A DNA stretch of 64,000 nucleotides from an uncultured Bacteroidota bacterium (GTDB taxonomy: Bacteria; Bacteroidota; Bacteroidia; Bacteroidales; CG2-30-32-10). Location of the stretch: positions 71,934 through 135,933 of the forward strand of contig CAWHOW010000016.1 of NCBI GenBank assembly GCA_963831005.1. Direction: 5' to 3'. Positions 62,987 through 64,000 of the stretch are shown piece after piece (positions within the stretch are counted from its first letter, which is position 1; each line of letters starts with the position of its first letter). The position numbers and the translations under genes were made by a program. The notes beneath the pieces are model-generated. The model was not told where the DNA came from. It saw only the letters and a program-made list of their open reading frames with translations, and ran no database searches.

Positions 62987-63232
62987 ATGAGATCAACAAA
63001 AAAACTGCTTCGCTTATGGTTAATATTACCATTAAGCTTCCTTGCTACAGGAATTATGGCGCAAACCACCAACAGTGCTGCTGCTGATACAGGCAGGACA
63101 GGCTGGATGATTGTAGGCGCAGTAGCTTTCATTTTAATGATTATGAACTTAAAACATACATTAAAACGTATTTTAAAACATTTAAATATTAATTTATTTA
63201 TCAATAAAGCATTAAACTATGAGAAAAACTAA
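62987..63232 (+). CDS. Small protein paralogous to the Amt N-terminus (signal peptide + first TM)
   Basis: MRSTKKLLRLWLILPLSFLATGIMAQT..DTGRTGWMI versus Amt MRKTKKLLRLWLILPLSFIATGIIAQT..NSGDTAWMI. Confidence 0.6.
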   Translation: MRSTKKLLRLWLILPLSFLATGIMAQTTNSAAADTGRTGWMIVGAVAFILMIMNLKHTLKRILKHLNINLFINKALNYEKN

Positions 63233-64000
63233 AAAACTACTTCGCTTATGGTTGATATTACCATTAAGCTTTATTGCGACAGGAATTATCGCGCAAACCT
63301 CTTCCGTAGCTACAGCTCCGGTTGTTCCCGAGCCAACAATTAATTCGGGCGATACCGCATGGATGATCGCAGCCACAGCTTTGGTACTCTTAATGACTAT
63401 CCCTGCTTTGGCTTTATTCTATGGTGGATTGGTAAACCGTAAAAATGTTTTGAATACATTAATGCAGTGTTTTATTATTTCATGCGTAGTTTCACTCGAA
63501 TGGATAGCTTTTGGTTATAGTAATGCTTTCGGTTCATCACACGGATTCCTTGCTCCTTATATTGGCGGTTTCGACTGGGCATTTATGAATGGCATACATC
63601 CGGGTGATTTGAGCCCTTATTACATTTCTCATTCACAACCCACACCTGGTGGTGGAACTGTAGGAACAATTCCTCATTTTATTTTTATACTGTTCCAGTG
63701 TAAGTTTGCTGTAATTACTCCTGCTTTGATCATTGGTGCTTTTGCAGAAAGAATAAAATTCCGCGGCTTCTTAATCTTCACTTTCTTATGGGCTGTATTG
63801 GTTTATAATCCTATTGCACATTGGGTATGGTCAACCGACGGTTGGTTATCAAAAATGGGCACATTAGATTTTGCAGGAGGTACTGTAGTTCATATTAATT
63901 CAGGTATTGCTGCATTGGTAACAGCATTAATGATTGGGAAACGTAAAATTATTAAAAAGGGTATGGTTAGCGAACCCCATAATATTCCTCATGTAGTTAT
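63219..64000 (+). CDS. amtB: Ammonium transporter (runs off window end)
   Basis: Manual translation: NSGDTAWMI, LFYGGLVNRKN, FAVITPALIIGAFAERI, AHWVW, LDFAGGTVVHINSG. Confidence 0.95.
   Translation, partial: MRKTKKLLRLWLILPLSFIATGIIAQTSSVATAPVVPEPTINSGDTAWMIAATALVLLMTIPALALFYGGLVNRKNVLNTLMQCFIISCVVSLEWIAFGYSNAFGSSHGFLAPYIGGFDWAFMNGIHPGDLSPYYISHSQPTPGGGTVGTIPHFIFILFQCKFAVITPALIIGAFAERIKFRGFLIFTFLWAVLVYNPIAHWVWSTDGWLSKMGTLDFAGGTVVHINSGIAALVTALMIGKRKIIKKGMVSEPHNIPHVV

Noticed and set aside
1481-63204. Numerous short antisense or nested ORFs in the ORF track
   Set aside because: Shadow frames of well-supported genes with no recognisable motifs

Overview
AT-rich Bacteroidota chromosome segment, probably from an anaerobe (T9SS C-terminal sorting domains, TAnnTTTG -7 promoter boxes, A-rich ribosome entry sites). 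Left part (0.1-17.7 kb): an Rrf2 regulator/receiver/kinase locus, two T9SS-sorted proteins each with a CxxCH heme motif, a multiheme c + 4Fe-4S + NrfD quinol oxidoreductase module, a 7-heme ImcH-like cytochrome and two giant CbcL-like c/b cytochrome fusions (16 and 19 CxxCH), about 50 heme-c motifs in total. Middle (17.8-41.4 kb): accessory region with large T9SS surface proteins, a CsoR-like regulator plus unknown gene, a HEAT-repeat methyltransferase/CfrBI-family RM pair, a sigma4-alphaCTD fusion and a recurring 34-bp intergenic repeat. Right part: acyl-CoA carboxylase, lhgO, a TCA operon, a Fic/antitoxin remnant, hdrA-flxDCBA-like genes without hdrBC, and an amt locus cut by the window end. 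Two non-coding motif families link distant loci: a T(C/A)CTAT-N7-ATAG(G/T)A palindrome (4 sites) and 4x ATTAA arrays at exact 11-bp period (3 sites). Several genes carry single-base insertions that look like long-read errors. Best candidate for a new system: a co-regulated Geobacter-like electron-export module whose outer component may be T9SS-secreted c-type cytochromes (inference).
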